Shown one piece after another: positions 46,837 through 55,421 of a stretch of DNA of 64,000 bases. The DNA is taken from IMG/VR virus record IMGVR_UViG_3300020578_000017, positions 1 to 64,000 of that record. One strand, 5' to 3'. The notes under the pieces are model-generated. The model worked only from the letters and a program-made list of their open reading frames with translations, had not been told where the DNA came from and made no database searches. The translations under genes and the position numbers were made by a program. The DNA comes from a virus. How positions within the stretch are numbered: the first letter of the stretch is position 1; every line of letters begins with the position of its first letter.

Positions 46837-47800
46837 TGTTTGACAACATGTCTAGTTTAGATGTTATAAACTTCTTTACAGCACCCTTTTCTAGAAGAAG
46901 CAAAGCTCTTAAAGTAGCAATATCATTAGTATTTTCAACAAACTCTTTCCTTTCACGGAAAGAAAGATCTTTCCAGTTATAAGGAATGTCCTTAACTGTG
47001 TTATTCTTTACATCTGGCTTTGCATCTAAAGAAGTTGCTAGTTCAGTATACTCTTTTGCTTCCTCTACTTTATTTGGCTGAGACTTAGCAGTCTTTGCTT
47101 TTTTTTCTGCCTTTACAGGGGTCGCCTCTTTTTTAGGTACAGAAAGAACCTCAATACCTTGTTGCTGGACAGTAGATAGAGCCTCTGTATCTAACTCGCT
47201 TCCGCCAAAAACTCTCTTATGGCTAGGAGGTTCTATGGTAGGAACGCTATTTTTTGTGTTAACTAAAGGCACGGTGTCAAGGAACTTTTTCGCCGTTATC
47301 TTGGGTGACCTATTAAGTTGAGTAGCTTCACCGCCATCTGACAAAACTTCTAGACTAGGAATGCTCTTAAGATCATTGTTGTCTTGTAGCGACTTTCTGG
47401 CAGCTTTTTTCGCCTTTAATGAAGGTAATGCTTCATCAAGTGGTACATTATCATCATCTTCATCAGATATTACTTTCGAGCTGAAATCAATAACTGGCTG
47501 AGGTTTCTTTCTTGGTAACTCTGAGTCTGACTGCTCTGCAGACCTAACCTTATACTTGTCTAAAAGAGCCTGTGAGTTAAGTTTCGGGTTAACTGCTGGC
47601 GTATTCTGTACTTCTACGTCAACTGAATCATCTGTAGCTAATAACCACCCTCTCCTAATAGCACCAGAAAGCCCAGGCGCTGTGAACTTTTGCTCTCCCA
47701 GTAGTAAAGTGGTCCCATCAAAGCCAACTACCTGGGAAGATCTTAGAGTTTTGTTTATTTCACCGATAGTAAAGTTTTTAATTACAACATATTGCTGCAT
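46829..47800 (-). CDS. Hypothetical protein downstream of capsid
   Basis: 323-aa ORF with a low-complexity middle and compact N- and C-terminal domains. Confidence 0.7.
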   Translation of the reverse strand: MQQYVVIKNFTIGEINKTLRSSQVVGFDGTTLLLGEQKFTAPGLSGAIRRGWLLATDDSVDVEVQNTPAVNPKLNSQALLDKYKVRSAEQSDSELPRKKPQPVIDFSSKVISDEDDDNVPLDEALPSLKAKKAARKSLQDNNDLKSIPSLEVLSDGGEATQLNRSPKITAKKFLDTVPLVNTKNSVPTIEPPSHKRVFGGSELDTEALSTVQQQGIEVLSVPKKEATPVKAEKKAKTAKSQPNKVEEAKEYTELATSLDAKPDVKNNTVKDIPYNWKDLSFRERKEFVENTNDIATLRALLLLEKGAVKKFITSKLDMLSNNA

Positions 47801-47835
47801 ATAAATTAAATCTCCGAATATATTATATTATAGAT

Positions 47836-47868
47836 AAGGAAAGAGGCGGGTGTTTCCACCCGCCTCTT
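47836..47868 (-). terminator. Intrinsic terminator after major capsid gene
   Basis: Minus strand AAGAGGCGGGTG-GAAA-CACCCGCCTCTT then TCCTT. Confidence 0.8.
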
Positions 47869-47887
47869 AAAATTAGGCTCTTATATC

Positions 47888-48751
47888 CTATCGAGCAATC
47901 GATAGAGACTGGAGGCCTAGTGGGTTGTGAATACCGATACCGACGTTCTCGAATACGGAGAAGCCGATTAGGCGGTTCTTTGGATCATCAGCGGAAAGAA
48001 CGGTTAGTTCTGTACGAACTGGCATTCTGCCGAAGAACTCAGGCTCGGCGCAGACGTATACGGTTCCGGGAGGAACGATACGAGAAACGATGATCTGAGC
48101 GCCCCAGATGTAAGCCATTAGACCGGTCTTTAGTAAGACGGCCTGAGTCTCGATATCTAGGATATCGCGACCAAACTTACGGATATCGGTGTAGTCCTTA
48201 GCATTCATGAAGATGCGGGAAACACGAAGGTCCCAACGCTCAATGTCAGCAAAGGCATCAGCTAGAGCGGAGGGGGTTAGGGGAGCGGTGATACCGATCT
48301 GCTGGTTAGGGGAGTTTGCAGCGCCGATAACAGCGTTCATTACTGCAAAGCTCTTGGTATCTTCTTGAGCCTGGATTTCAGCCTTGGCTAGATCCTGTGC
48401 ACGCTCAATTAGGTCGAAGCGGCGCTCCTTGACCTGAGTTAGAGGAATCTCAGGGTTGGAAGCGATTTCGAATAGGGGGAATAGAACACGAAGGCTCTTG
48501 GAAACAGAGATGATGTTCTCACCCTCTTCGCCCATTACAAATGCGGTGACATCGGGGTCACGGTCATAGATGGGTAGAGCGCCATCAGGTAGTTGCTCGA
48601 CGAGGTAAGCCTTACGGGCAACGGAAGAATAGTCGCGACGGCGACGTAGGGGCTGGACCATAGAAGCAGCTAGCTTAGCGCGACCACCAGCGGTCTTGAC
48701 TAAGTCGGAGATAATCCGTTGCTTGGTCTCGTTAGAAATGTGATCAGACAT
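47888..48751 (-). CDS. Major capsid protein (HK97 fold)
   Basis: AAGGAG RBS, strongly biased codon usage; VEQLPDGALPIYDRD..FEIASNPEI..WGAQIIVS; follows protease/scaffold/decoration genes and is followed by a terminator. Confidence 0.85.
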   Translation of the reverse strand: MSDHISNETKQRIISDLVKTAGGRAKLAASMVQPLRRRRDYSSVARKAYLVEQLPDGALPIYDRDPDVTAFVMGEEGENIISVSKSLRVLFPLFEIASNPEIPLTQVKERRFDLIERAQDLAKAEIQAQEDTKSFAVMNAVIGAANSPNQQIGITAPLTPSALADAFADIERWDLRVSRIFMNAKDYTDIRKFGRDILDIETQAVLLKTGLMAYIWGAQIIVSRIVPPGTVYVCAEPEFFGRMPVRTELTVLSADDPKNRLIGFSVFENVGIGIHNPLGLQSLSIAR

Positions 48752-48771
48752 TGTATCTTATCTCCTTACTC

Positions 48772-49272
48772 TTAAACTAGAAGTAGTAATCCGAGCCAGG
48801 GGTCGGAAGCGGTGGGAGCCTTGACAACAACGCCGACTTCAACGGTAGAAGCGCCCTTTTCCTTGGTTAGAAGACCATTGGCGGAGGAATATAGAAGGTC
48901 GCCAGCGGCATAAGCAGCTAGAGCGGCGCCATCGCCGTCGTTAGTATGAGTCTCATAAACGTCAACCTGGCAAGCGCCTAGGCAATGGACGAAGGGACCC
49001 TTTTCTGAAGCTACTGCGGGGGTATTCTCGAAAGGATTACCGGCAGCGTTGTTGATGAATAGACCTAGGGGACGATCAGAGCGGTCACAGGCGCCGACTA
49101 AAAGATCATCCTTTAGACCAGCAACGGAACCACCTAGGACGCCATTAGGCATGCTTGCACTAAGAGTGTCATTGGTGTAATCACCACCTAGTGAATTAAC
49201 CTTTGTGAAAGCATCTTCCTCTAATGAGAATAGAGAGTTACGATGCCCCACATATTGAATGCGTAGAGCCAT
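48772..49272 (-). CDS. Capsid decoration/cement protein
   Basis: Immediately upstream of the capsid gene; YAAGDLLYSSANGLLT..VGVVVKAPT is beta-tulip-like. Confidence 0.7.
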   Translation of the reverse strand: MALRIQYVGHRNSLFSLEEDAFTKVNSLGGDYTNDTLSASMPNGVLGGSVAGLKDDLLVGACDRSDRPLGLFINNAAGNPFENTPAVASEKGPFVHCLGACQVDVYETHTNDGDGAALAAYAAGDLLYSSANGLLTKEKGASTVEVGVVVKAPTASDPWLGLLLLV

Positions 49273-49311
49273 TTTTTTTTACCTTTCTCCTACAATCAGG
49301 AAAAACATTTT

Positions 49312-50304
49312 TTAGTAGTTGAAGTGCTCGCTGACATCAGGGTCAGACTTCCATAGACGGCTTAGGTTCTCAACATCCATCGTAGAACCGTTGGCGCGAG
49401 GGGCAGAAGCAATCTTCTTTACGCCACGCTTTTCAGCTGCACGATTGACATTACGAGAAGCGGTCTTGCTAAGGGAGTCCTTGATAGCAGCTTCCATCTT
49501 CATCGCCTTATCTGAATCATCTAAATCCATATCATCTGCGGCATCCTCAGAGACTGCAGAACCGAGACCATCCATCTCGTCATCGCCTTCACCCGCCATA
49601 TCTAGATCGAGGTCTAGATCGTCACCAGCTTCATCAGCCTCAACTTCTTCTGCTTCAGGAGCCTCTAGATCCATTGCTGGAACTTCTGCCATTGCCTCTG
49701 GCATATTTGCAGGGGGACCAAAGTCAGCAGGAGCTTCACCAGGCTCGCCGCCCTTTTGCCACTCTTCTTGGCCCATAACTGGAGCCATGGGTGCAGCCAT
49801 CTCAGGGGCCATAGCCTCAGGCATCCCTTCGGCTTCTGGAGCTTCTTCCTCACTATCAAGCTCGTCCATCTCAACAACTTCTGCAGCATACTTATTGATG
49901 CGGGCAACAGTGTCGATAAGGGAGCGTAGGGGTAGATCCATAAGGTCAGTGGCTTGCTTCTCGATGAACTCATCAGTACCATCTGGGAATAGAGCAGAGG
50001 CAACCTTAATAGCTAAAGAAGACTTCTTAGCTAGGGTCTGGGCTGTACGTAGTAAAGCAAGATTTGCTTGCTTTGAACCAGGCATTGCTACGTTAAGAGT
50101 GGGATGGCGCATATCCTTGTCCATCTTCCAATCATCACGCATGTCAGGTCTTTCATGGTTCTCGTTTGCTTCTGGGTCCCAAGTCATATACTGTTCTGCA
50201 TCGGGTACGGGACGTACACGATTTAGAGAGTTTGGATCGGCGTTTTCAACGTCGGAAGCGCGACGAGAAAATCCATCCTTGGTTAGGCGCTTTCTGTTAG
50301 CCAT
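49312..50304 (-). CDS. Putative scaffolding protein
   Basis: Acidic low-complexity middle, basic end, C-terminal LSRLWKSDPDVSEHF; between protease and capsid genes. Confidence 0.65.
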   Translation of the reverse strand: MANRKRLTKDGFSRRASDVENADPNSLNRVRPVPDAEQYMTWDPEANENHERPDMRDDWKMDKDMRHPTLNVAMPGSKQANLALLRTAQTLAKKSSLAIKVASALFPDGTDEFIEKQATDLMDLPLRSLIDTVARINKYAAEVVEMDELDSEEEAPEAEGMPEAMAPEMAAPMAPVMGQEEWQKGGEPGEAPADFGPPANMPEAMAEVPAMDLEAPEAEEVEADEAGDDLDLDLDMAGEGDDEMDGLGSAVSEDAADDMDLDDSDKAMKMEAAIKDSLSKTASRNVNRAAEKRGVKKIASAPRANGSTMDVENLSRLWKSDPDVSEHFNY

Positions 50305-50326
50305 AGTAGTTTAAATAACCTCCAAG

Positions 50327-50686
50327 TTACTTAGCATTCTGTCTGCGTTGTAGAAGTCTCGCAACGCGCTTTTCGATTTCGTTGCTTACGGCATCAATCC
50401 GAGCAGCGAGTCGAGGGTTTTGATTCTCAACCTGAGTTGCAACATCATCAAGTTGATCAACGATAAAACTTGCCTTCTTTACTAAGGCAGAAAAAGAGCC
50501 ATTATTCTCGGAAGATGAAACAGAAGCCCCTTTCTCTACTACTGCTTCAACTGCAGCAGAAACAGCTTCTTCTTCATCATGAGCAAGTTCAACGTCTACA
50601 ACGATATCCCTGCCGCACTCACACTTGCCTAAAGTGAGCTGTTTTGCTACTTTGAACAGGCCTTCATAAGTTTGTTCACTAGCCAT
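50327..50686 (-). CDS. Small head-associated helical protein
   Basis: KKASFIVDQLDDVATQVE..LAARIDAVSNEIE. Confidence 0.65.
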   Translation of the reverse strand: MASEQTYEGLFKVAKQLTLGKCECGRDIVVDVELAHDEEEAVSAAVEAVVEKGASVSSSENNGSFSALVKKASFIVDQLDDVATQVENQNPRLAARIDAVSNEIEKRVARLLQRRQNAK

Positions 50687-50754
50687 GTTAGTTACCTTTA
50701 AAAAATAGAGTTTGGTTCTCTATGTAAGATTTTTTATAAAAGGTTTATAAAAAC

Positions 50755-51780
50755 TTAGTCTCTTACGATTAGATCATTCTCTTGTGTAGTGGACTGGGAA
50801 GCTGCTAAATTGCCATCCATATCCCTTTGGTTTTCTTCTTCGCCTTCTTCATCTGATGGAACATCTTCTTTTTCGGCTTCTACATCGCCACCAAAAAGGC
50901 TATCCAAAGTTTTCTGTAGGTTTTCATCTTCCTGCTCTGGACTTAGCTCTTTATTGTCATTTTCCTCATCATCTGTGTCCTCTGCCATCAAAGGCTTAGA
51001 GACTGCTGCGGATTTGACTAGACCTGAGAATAGACTTAAAGAATTTGCAGACTTACTCAAGAATGCAGTATCTAAATTTACGACATTTCTTAAAACTGCT
51101 CCACTAAATGCAGGAACTTCAACCCAGGAAGCTTCAATAAATCTTACCGACTCAGGATCGTTTTCATGCCCGCAGAGTTCTGCAATCGTCCTTAAGTTAC
51201 CTTTTTTATCCATGAACCTGGAGCCTTTTTCTCTTGTGACATGATCACAAAGCTCTTGTTCATTCCTGGCTTTTTTCCCACACTTTGTACAAAATGTATA
51301 AGCAGCAATGCAGCCCATCGACATAGCTTTCATCGAACCCGTTTTGATTCTATGAACTAAGTCCTCATGCTTTCTATGAGTAGCAACAAGAATATCGCAA
51401 TATAAAGTTTCACCTTTAATATCCCTAAGCACAGCATCTACAATAGTACCTTTCGAAAGCTCTGGAACCTGAACATGCTCAACGTAGTTTGGGGCGCCAA
51501 CAAATGTTCGATAGGTTTGCTTAAGTGTTCCTCTTGTCCAGCTATCGTAATTTTGATTGATGTACTTCTCTGAAGAAAGCTTGATGTGATGATCGCAATC
51601 TTCTTCTGTATCAACTGATGCAATGATGGTACAATGCGAAAATAAATATTCTTTTGGACTGTAAGCTTTAATGTCGAAACTAGAAGTCAAGCCAACGCTT
51701 GCATTCTTAGAAAAACCTTTTCGATAAGGATTAAAATCTGTATCGACAAAAAGAGCATTAGCAAATATCTTAAACGCCAT
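50755..51780 (-). CDS. Prohead protease (HK97/assemblin-like clan) with zinc-finger insert
   Basis: NYVEH, AMSMGC..CTKCG..LCDH, FIEASWVEVPAF. The likely start is ATG 51780 (MAFKIFANA), overlapping the upstream gene end, rather than 51894. Confidence 0.7.
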   Translation of the reverse strand: MAFKIFANALFVDTDFNPYRKGFSKNASVGLTSSFDIKAYSPKEYLFSHCTIIASVDTEEDCDHHIKLSSEKYINQNYDSWTRGTLKQTYRTFVGAPNYVEHVQVPELSKGTIVDAVLRDIKGETLYCDILVATHRKHEDLVHRIKTGSMKAMSMGCIAAYTFCTKCGKKARNEQELCDHVTREKGSRFMDKKGNLRTIAELCGHENDPESVRFIEASWVEVPAFSGAVLRNVVNLDTAFLSKSANSLSLFSGLVKSAAVSKPLMAEDTDDEENDNKELSPEQEDENLQKTLDSLFGGDVEAEKEDVPSDEEGEEENQRDMDGNLAASQSTTQENDLIVRD

Positions 51781-52003
51781 TTTTTTTCTTCTTTCTCTTC
51801 TTACTCTTTTTACGCTCAATAAGATCGTTTTGCAAGCGAGTGAAATCCATTCCAGTAGATGTGTTTGAATAGCTACCATGTGGTAGTGTTTCAATATAAT
51901 ACAAAGAAGGAGCTATACCACCATCTACAAAACCAGGAGCAGAATCTGCTAGATTGGATTTTTTTTGCAGATAAAGATGGATAACACTAAAACTATCCAT
52001 CAA
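51770..52003 (-). CDS. Small hypothetical protein with basic tail
   Basis: Fills the gap and overlaps both neighbours. Confidence 0.55.
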   Translation of the reverse strand: MMDSFSVIHLYLQKKSNLADSAPGFVDGGIAPSLYYIETLPHGSYSNTSTGMDFTRLQNDLIERKKSKKRKKKKNGV

Positions 52004-52535
52004 TCAGATCATGAATGACTGTTAAATAAACAGCATTTTGAAAAGCAACATCTCTATTGAAAAGACTTGAAACTACTAGACGAATATCTTCATCAGCTAA
52101 GTTGTCGCCAAACATGCTACTTACTTTAGTAAAGGTACTTAGCTCTGTATCGCCTTCGTTTTTAAGAAGTCTTGCTTCTTTCATTACACTAGCTAGTTTT
52201 TTAAGGTGAGATACGACTACACCAACCTGAGCGGCAGAGGGAACACCACCAACGGCGCCGATAACTTTTGGATCGTCTTTTGATGGCACCATTAGATCAA
52301 CTACAGTAGGCCTTACTCCCAAAGCATCTGATACAGGTAAAAGATCTTCTGGAGAATGCCTTCCGATTTGGTGAGGCCACTGCACATCAACCTTGTCAAT
52401 GCTTGGATGTAAAGCTAAAATGGTCCCGACAAATGAAGACCCATAGTGGCTTGTAATCATAAGCTGCACAGTTTGTCCAACTTTAAAGTCAGAGGTTTTA
52501 GCTGCAAATGGATATAAGGCAAACTTTTTAAACAT
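51993..52535 (-). CDS. Hypothetical head protein with SH3-like domain
   Basis: FKVGQTVQL..FVGTILAL..KVDVQWP..SPEDLLPV. Confidence 0.65.
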   Translation of the reverse strand: MFKKFALYPFAAKTSDFKVGQTVQLMITSHYGSSFVGTILALHPSIDKVDVQWPHQIGRHSPEDLLPVSDALGVRPTVVDLMVPSKDDPKVIGAVGGVPSAAQVGVVVSHLKKLASVMKEARLLKNEGDTELSTFTKVSSMFGDNLADEDIRLVVSSLFNRDVAFQNAVYLTVIHDLIDG

Positions 52536-53078
52536 CTAATTTTCCTCTCGTGGAAGAACATTTTCTAACTCATCCACGCGCTTACTTAATATTTCTGAAT
52601 AACGCTTTATTGCCTCAAGATAGTTTGGCTGGCTATCTTGTTTTAACTCAACACTTTCCTCTTTAAGCTCTTGTAGAGCCTGATGCCATAGCTCAATAAA
52701 CTCTACTGGAATAAAGTTAGGCTTTGCATATCCTGAAGAGTTTTTTCTAAACCAGAAGTATGGAGAGTTTGCTTCAGTTTGAGTGTAAATATAAGTCGGA
52801 CTAAAAAGCTGAGCTACAAAAGGCTCATCTAATCTACCTAACATTTTTCCATAATAAAAAACTTTATTTACAAAGTCATCCTCTGGGTTTGGATCGTTTT
52901 TAAATAAAATAGCTATGTTATGAGCATTAGAAGTGTCGTAAAAGTTTGATATTAGCACACCACGAACTTGATTATATAAAATCTTCTCTTTTTCGTTGAA
53001 GTTATCAATGCTAGCCTCAAATAAAGCATACTTATCTAAGTAAGCTTTTAAAATGCGGCTATTTTTATCTTGCATCAA
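52536..53078 (-). CDS. Hypothetical protein
   Basis: 180-aa ORF abutting both neighbours. Confidence 0.65.
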   Translation of the reverse strand: MMQDKNSRILKAYLDKYALFEASIDNFNEKEKILYNQVRGVLISNFYDTSNAHNIAILFKNDPNPEDDFVNKVFYYGKMLGRLDEPFVAQLFSPTYIYTQTEANSPYFWFRKNSSGYAKPNFIPVEFIELWHQALQELKEESVELKQDSQPNYLEAIKRYSEILSKRVDELENVLPREEN

Positions 53079-53356
53079 TCTTTTTTCAAATCTGCAGTTA
53101 GATCTGGATCGCTGGTATCTCTTGTGCCTAAACTAGTGTCTGACCTATCTCTGCGTTTATGATGAACGCCTACACCATTTCTTCTTTTGTTCTGTCTCTT
53201 ACGATCTGACTTACGGCGATCCCTGGTTCTTTGTTCCTTGATGGTATCTTTATCTTTTACTCTTTTTGCTAGTTTTATTGGATCGCTTGATAAAACTGCT
53301 GATAAATTATAAGATTTTGCAATCTTAATTAGTTCTAAGTAAAGATCATCCATCAT
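53075..53356 (-). CDS. Small basic protein
   Basis: R/K-rich central segment; after the portal gene. Confidence 0.65.
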   Translation of the reverse strand: MMDDLYLELIKIAKSYNLSAVLSSDPIKLAKRVKDKDTIKEQRTRDRRKSDRKRQNKRRNGVGVHHKRRDRSDTSLGTRDTSDPDLTADLKKD

Positions 53357-53379
53357 ACTAATTATTTTTTACTAACGCT

Positions 53380-55098
53380 CTAAGCGGGAGTACCTTCTAT
53401 TTCAGTTTGAGTTTCAGGAGCAGGAGTCTCTTCTGTTGGGGCTTCTTCACCCCCAGATAAATCTGGAGCCCCTTCTTCACCTAAGTTAAGGTCACCACCT
53501 AATTGACCCAGGGTACCTCCACCAAATCCTCCCATATCGACCTCATTACCGGAATCGCCTTCTTGATACTCTAGCTTAAGGTATTTAGCGAACCTTTCAG
53601 TAATATTAGACTTACCTACTAGATCCTGAGCTACATTTTGATAAATGCCACGAAGTAGATCATTGAAGGCAGAATCGTTGACGGTGCCCATATCGGCTTC
53701 TAGCCTTTCGCGAGTTGCAATAGGATCGATATTCAACAAGTCAAGTATGGTTGCTATGTCTATTGATCCCTTTTGATACAAGCTATAGAGAGCTTCAAAA
53801 GTATCATTACTATCTCTTAGAGCTAATCTTCTGAAGGATAGTCTAGGGTAAATTAACTTTTCGTTACCGTCTTCATCTTTTTCTACAAAGCCATTTGCTT
53901 TTGCAACTGGTTTAAATAGAACCTCTTCAACAAAGTTTTGCATAACTTCCCTAAAAAGGAGATATCTGGTGTTCAGCACTTCAAGCGTAATCTTTGCACC
54001 GGCATAAGTCGCCTCACCTGACAAAAGCTCTGCTGTGACTCCTAATCCTGACATCAGTCGCGTTGCGATTCTACCATACTCGGAATCTAGAACAAGAAGT
54101 CGATCATTTGAGCCAATTTCTTGCCAGTTTAACTCATAGTTGGTGATAATGCTGTAATCTGGATCAATCATTGAAGCTTCTACCTGCTCACGGAGACCTT
54201 CAACATCATCTTCAGATAATCCTTCAGCAGAAACAATTCTTTTCGGGGTCATGTTCCTGCTTGCAATTTGCGTTTGTGTCTGACGAAGCTTTTCGAACTC
54301 AAGAAGGTCTCGTAAAACTCTATCTAATATGCTAGTGCCTTGATCCTCATAATCACTCATCTTTCTCGCTAGATGAAAAACATGACTACCAGAATAAGGG
54401 TCTGTATCTAATGGAATATTCTGCCCACGTTTAACATAATCAACAATATCTGGTGGCATTGTCTTTAATGCCTTTAGAGCAGATTGATCGCCGTGATTAG
54501 CTCTCTCTACTAATTCTCTAGTTGCTGGGTCTGGTACAAGAGATACTTCAACATAATCTGTAAATGGGTACTTCTTAGTTTCTACTGTGTCTGGATCTAA
54601 TACCTTAAGTGCTGACCAAGATTTTATCTCCTCATCCCACTCAGAGAAAATATACACATCGCCAATAAGGTTATACTCATGTGCGATAGAGAGAAGCTTT
54701 TGGAATAAGTTGATTCTTTCAACCATAGCCTCATAGAATCTTAGAATCTTCTGAGCGGTTTTATAGTCCTTAGCCTTAGGAATAGTCAGTGTTACTTTAG
54801 AAAGTGGAATCTCTGAGTGTAAGTCGATAGCAGGACCGACTATAGGGTCATTTTTATAGAAGTGACGGTACCATCTTCTCTTCTCTCTATTAGTTCTTGG
54901 GAGTTCGAGCATGTCCGTAGAAAGATACGGACTGAAAAACGGAGCTTCCTGTGTTTGAAGGATATCGCTTCCGGTTTTAAAAATGGAATCTAAACTGCTA
55001 TTTCTATTAGCGGTTCTAGGTGCCCCCATTGCAGTAGTTGCATAGGGTTTCTTTGAATTTGCTGTTTTTGAGCTAGCAGTAGTTCGTCTTGTTGGCAC
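53380..55098 (-). CDS. Portal protein
   Basis: RHFYKNDPIVGPAIDLHSEIPLS, IGDVYIF, HVFHLARK..YEDQGTSILDRV; two genes after the terminase; acidic C-terminal tail. Confidence 0.85.
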   Translation of the reverse strand: MPTRRTTASSKTANSKKPYATTAMGAPRTANRNSSLDSIFKTGSDILQTQEAPFFSPYLSTDMLELPRTNREKRRWYRHFYKNDPIVGPAIDLHSEIPLSKVTLTIPKAKDYKTAQKILRFYEAMVERINLFQKLLSIAHEYNLIGDVYIFSEWDEEIKSWSALKVLDPDTVETKKYPFTDYVEVSLVPDPATRELVERANHGDQSALKALKTMPPDIVDYVKRGQNIPLDTDPYSGSHVFHLARKMSDYEDQGTSILDRVLRDLLEFEKLRQTQTQIASRNMTPKRIVSAEGLSEDDVEGLREQVEASMIDPDYSIITNYELNWQEIGSNDRLLVLDSEYGRIATRLMSGLGVTAELLSGEATYAGAKITLEVLNTRYLLFREVMQNFVEEVLFKPVAKANGFVEKDEDGNEKLIYPRLSFRRLALRDSNDTFEALYSLYQKGSIDIATILDLLNIDPIATRERLEADMGTVNDSAFNDLLRGIYQNVAQDLVGKSNITERFAKYLKLEYQEGDSGNEVDMGGFGGGTLGQLGGDLNLGEEGAPDLSGGEEAPTEETPAPETQTEIEGTPA

Positions 55099-55103
55099 TT
55101 ACA

Positions 55104-55421
55104 TCACCTGGTGTACTTCTTTATCGGAAGCTTATTTAAATTGACCGTAGTGTAATTATAGCGTTGATTACTTACGCTATCGCCACCGTCTTTTACTAAC
55201 TGCTTGTGTTCATCAGCTGATTTTACAAAATCTTTTCTTGCTTCGTCTGCCCAGCGAATGATTCCTTGTAGTTTTCCTAAAGATCTTAAGTAACCACGAG
55301 AAGAACCTGCTCTTTTTGCAGACTGATGCATGCTTTGTAACTTATTTTCTAATGATGCAGCATCTTTCAGTAGCTTTTTTAATTCAGATTCAATTTTTTC
55401 TAAGTCACCATCATTGAACAC
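55104..55421 (-). CDS. Small coiled-coil protein between terminase and portal
   Basis: 105-aa ORF, 1-nt overlap with terminase stop. Confidence 0.65.
   Translation of the reverse strand: MFNDGDLEKIESELKKLLKDAASLENKLQSMHQSAKRAGSSRGYLRSLGKLQGIIRWADEARKDFVKSADEHKQLVKDGGDSVSNQRYNYTTVNLNKLPIKKYTR

Noticed and set aside
49319-50314. 331-aa plus-strand ORF
   Set aside because: Antisense shadow of the low-complexity scaffold gene; Ser/Ala-rich mirror composition and no RBS seen.
51781-51894. N-terminal extension of the protease ORF
   Set aside because: Overlaps the upstream small gene; ATG 51780 gives a typical short overlap and a more plausible N-terminus.
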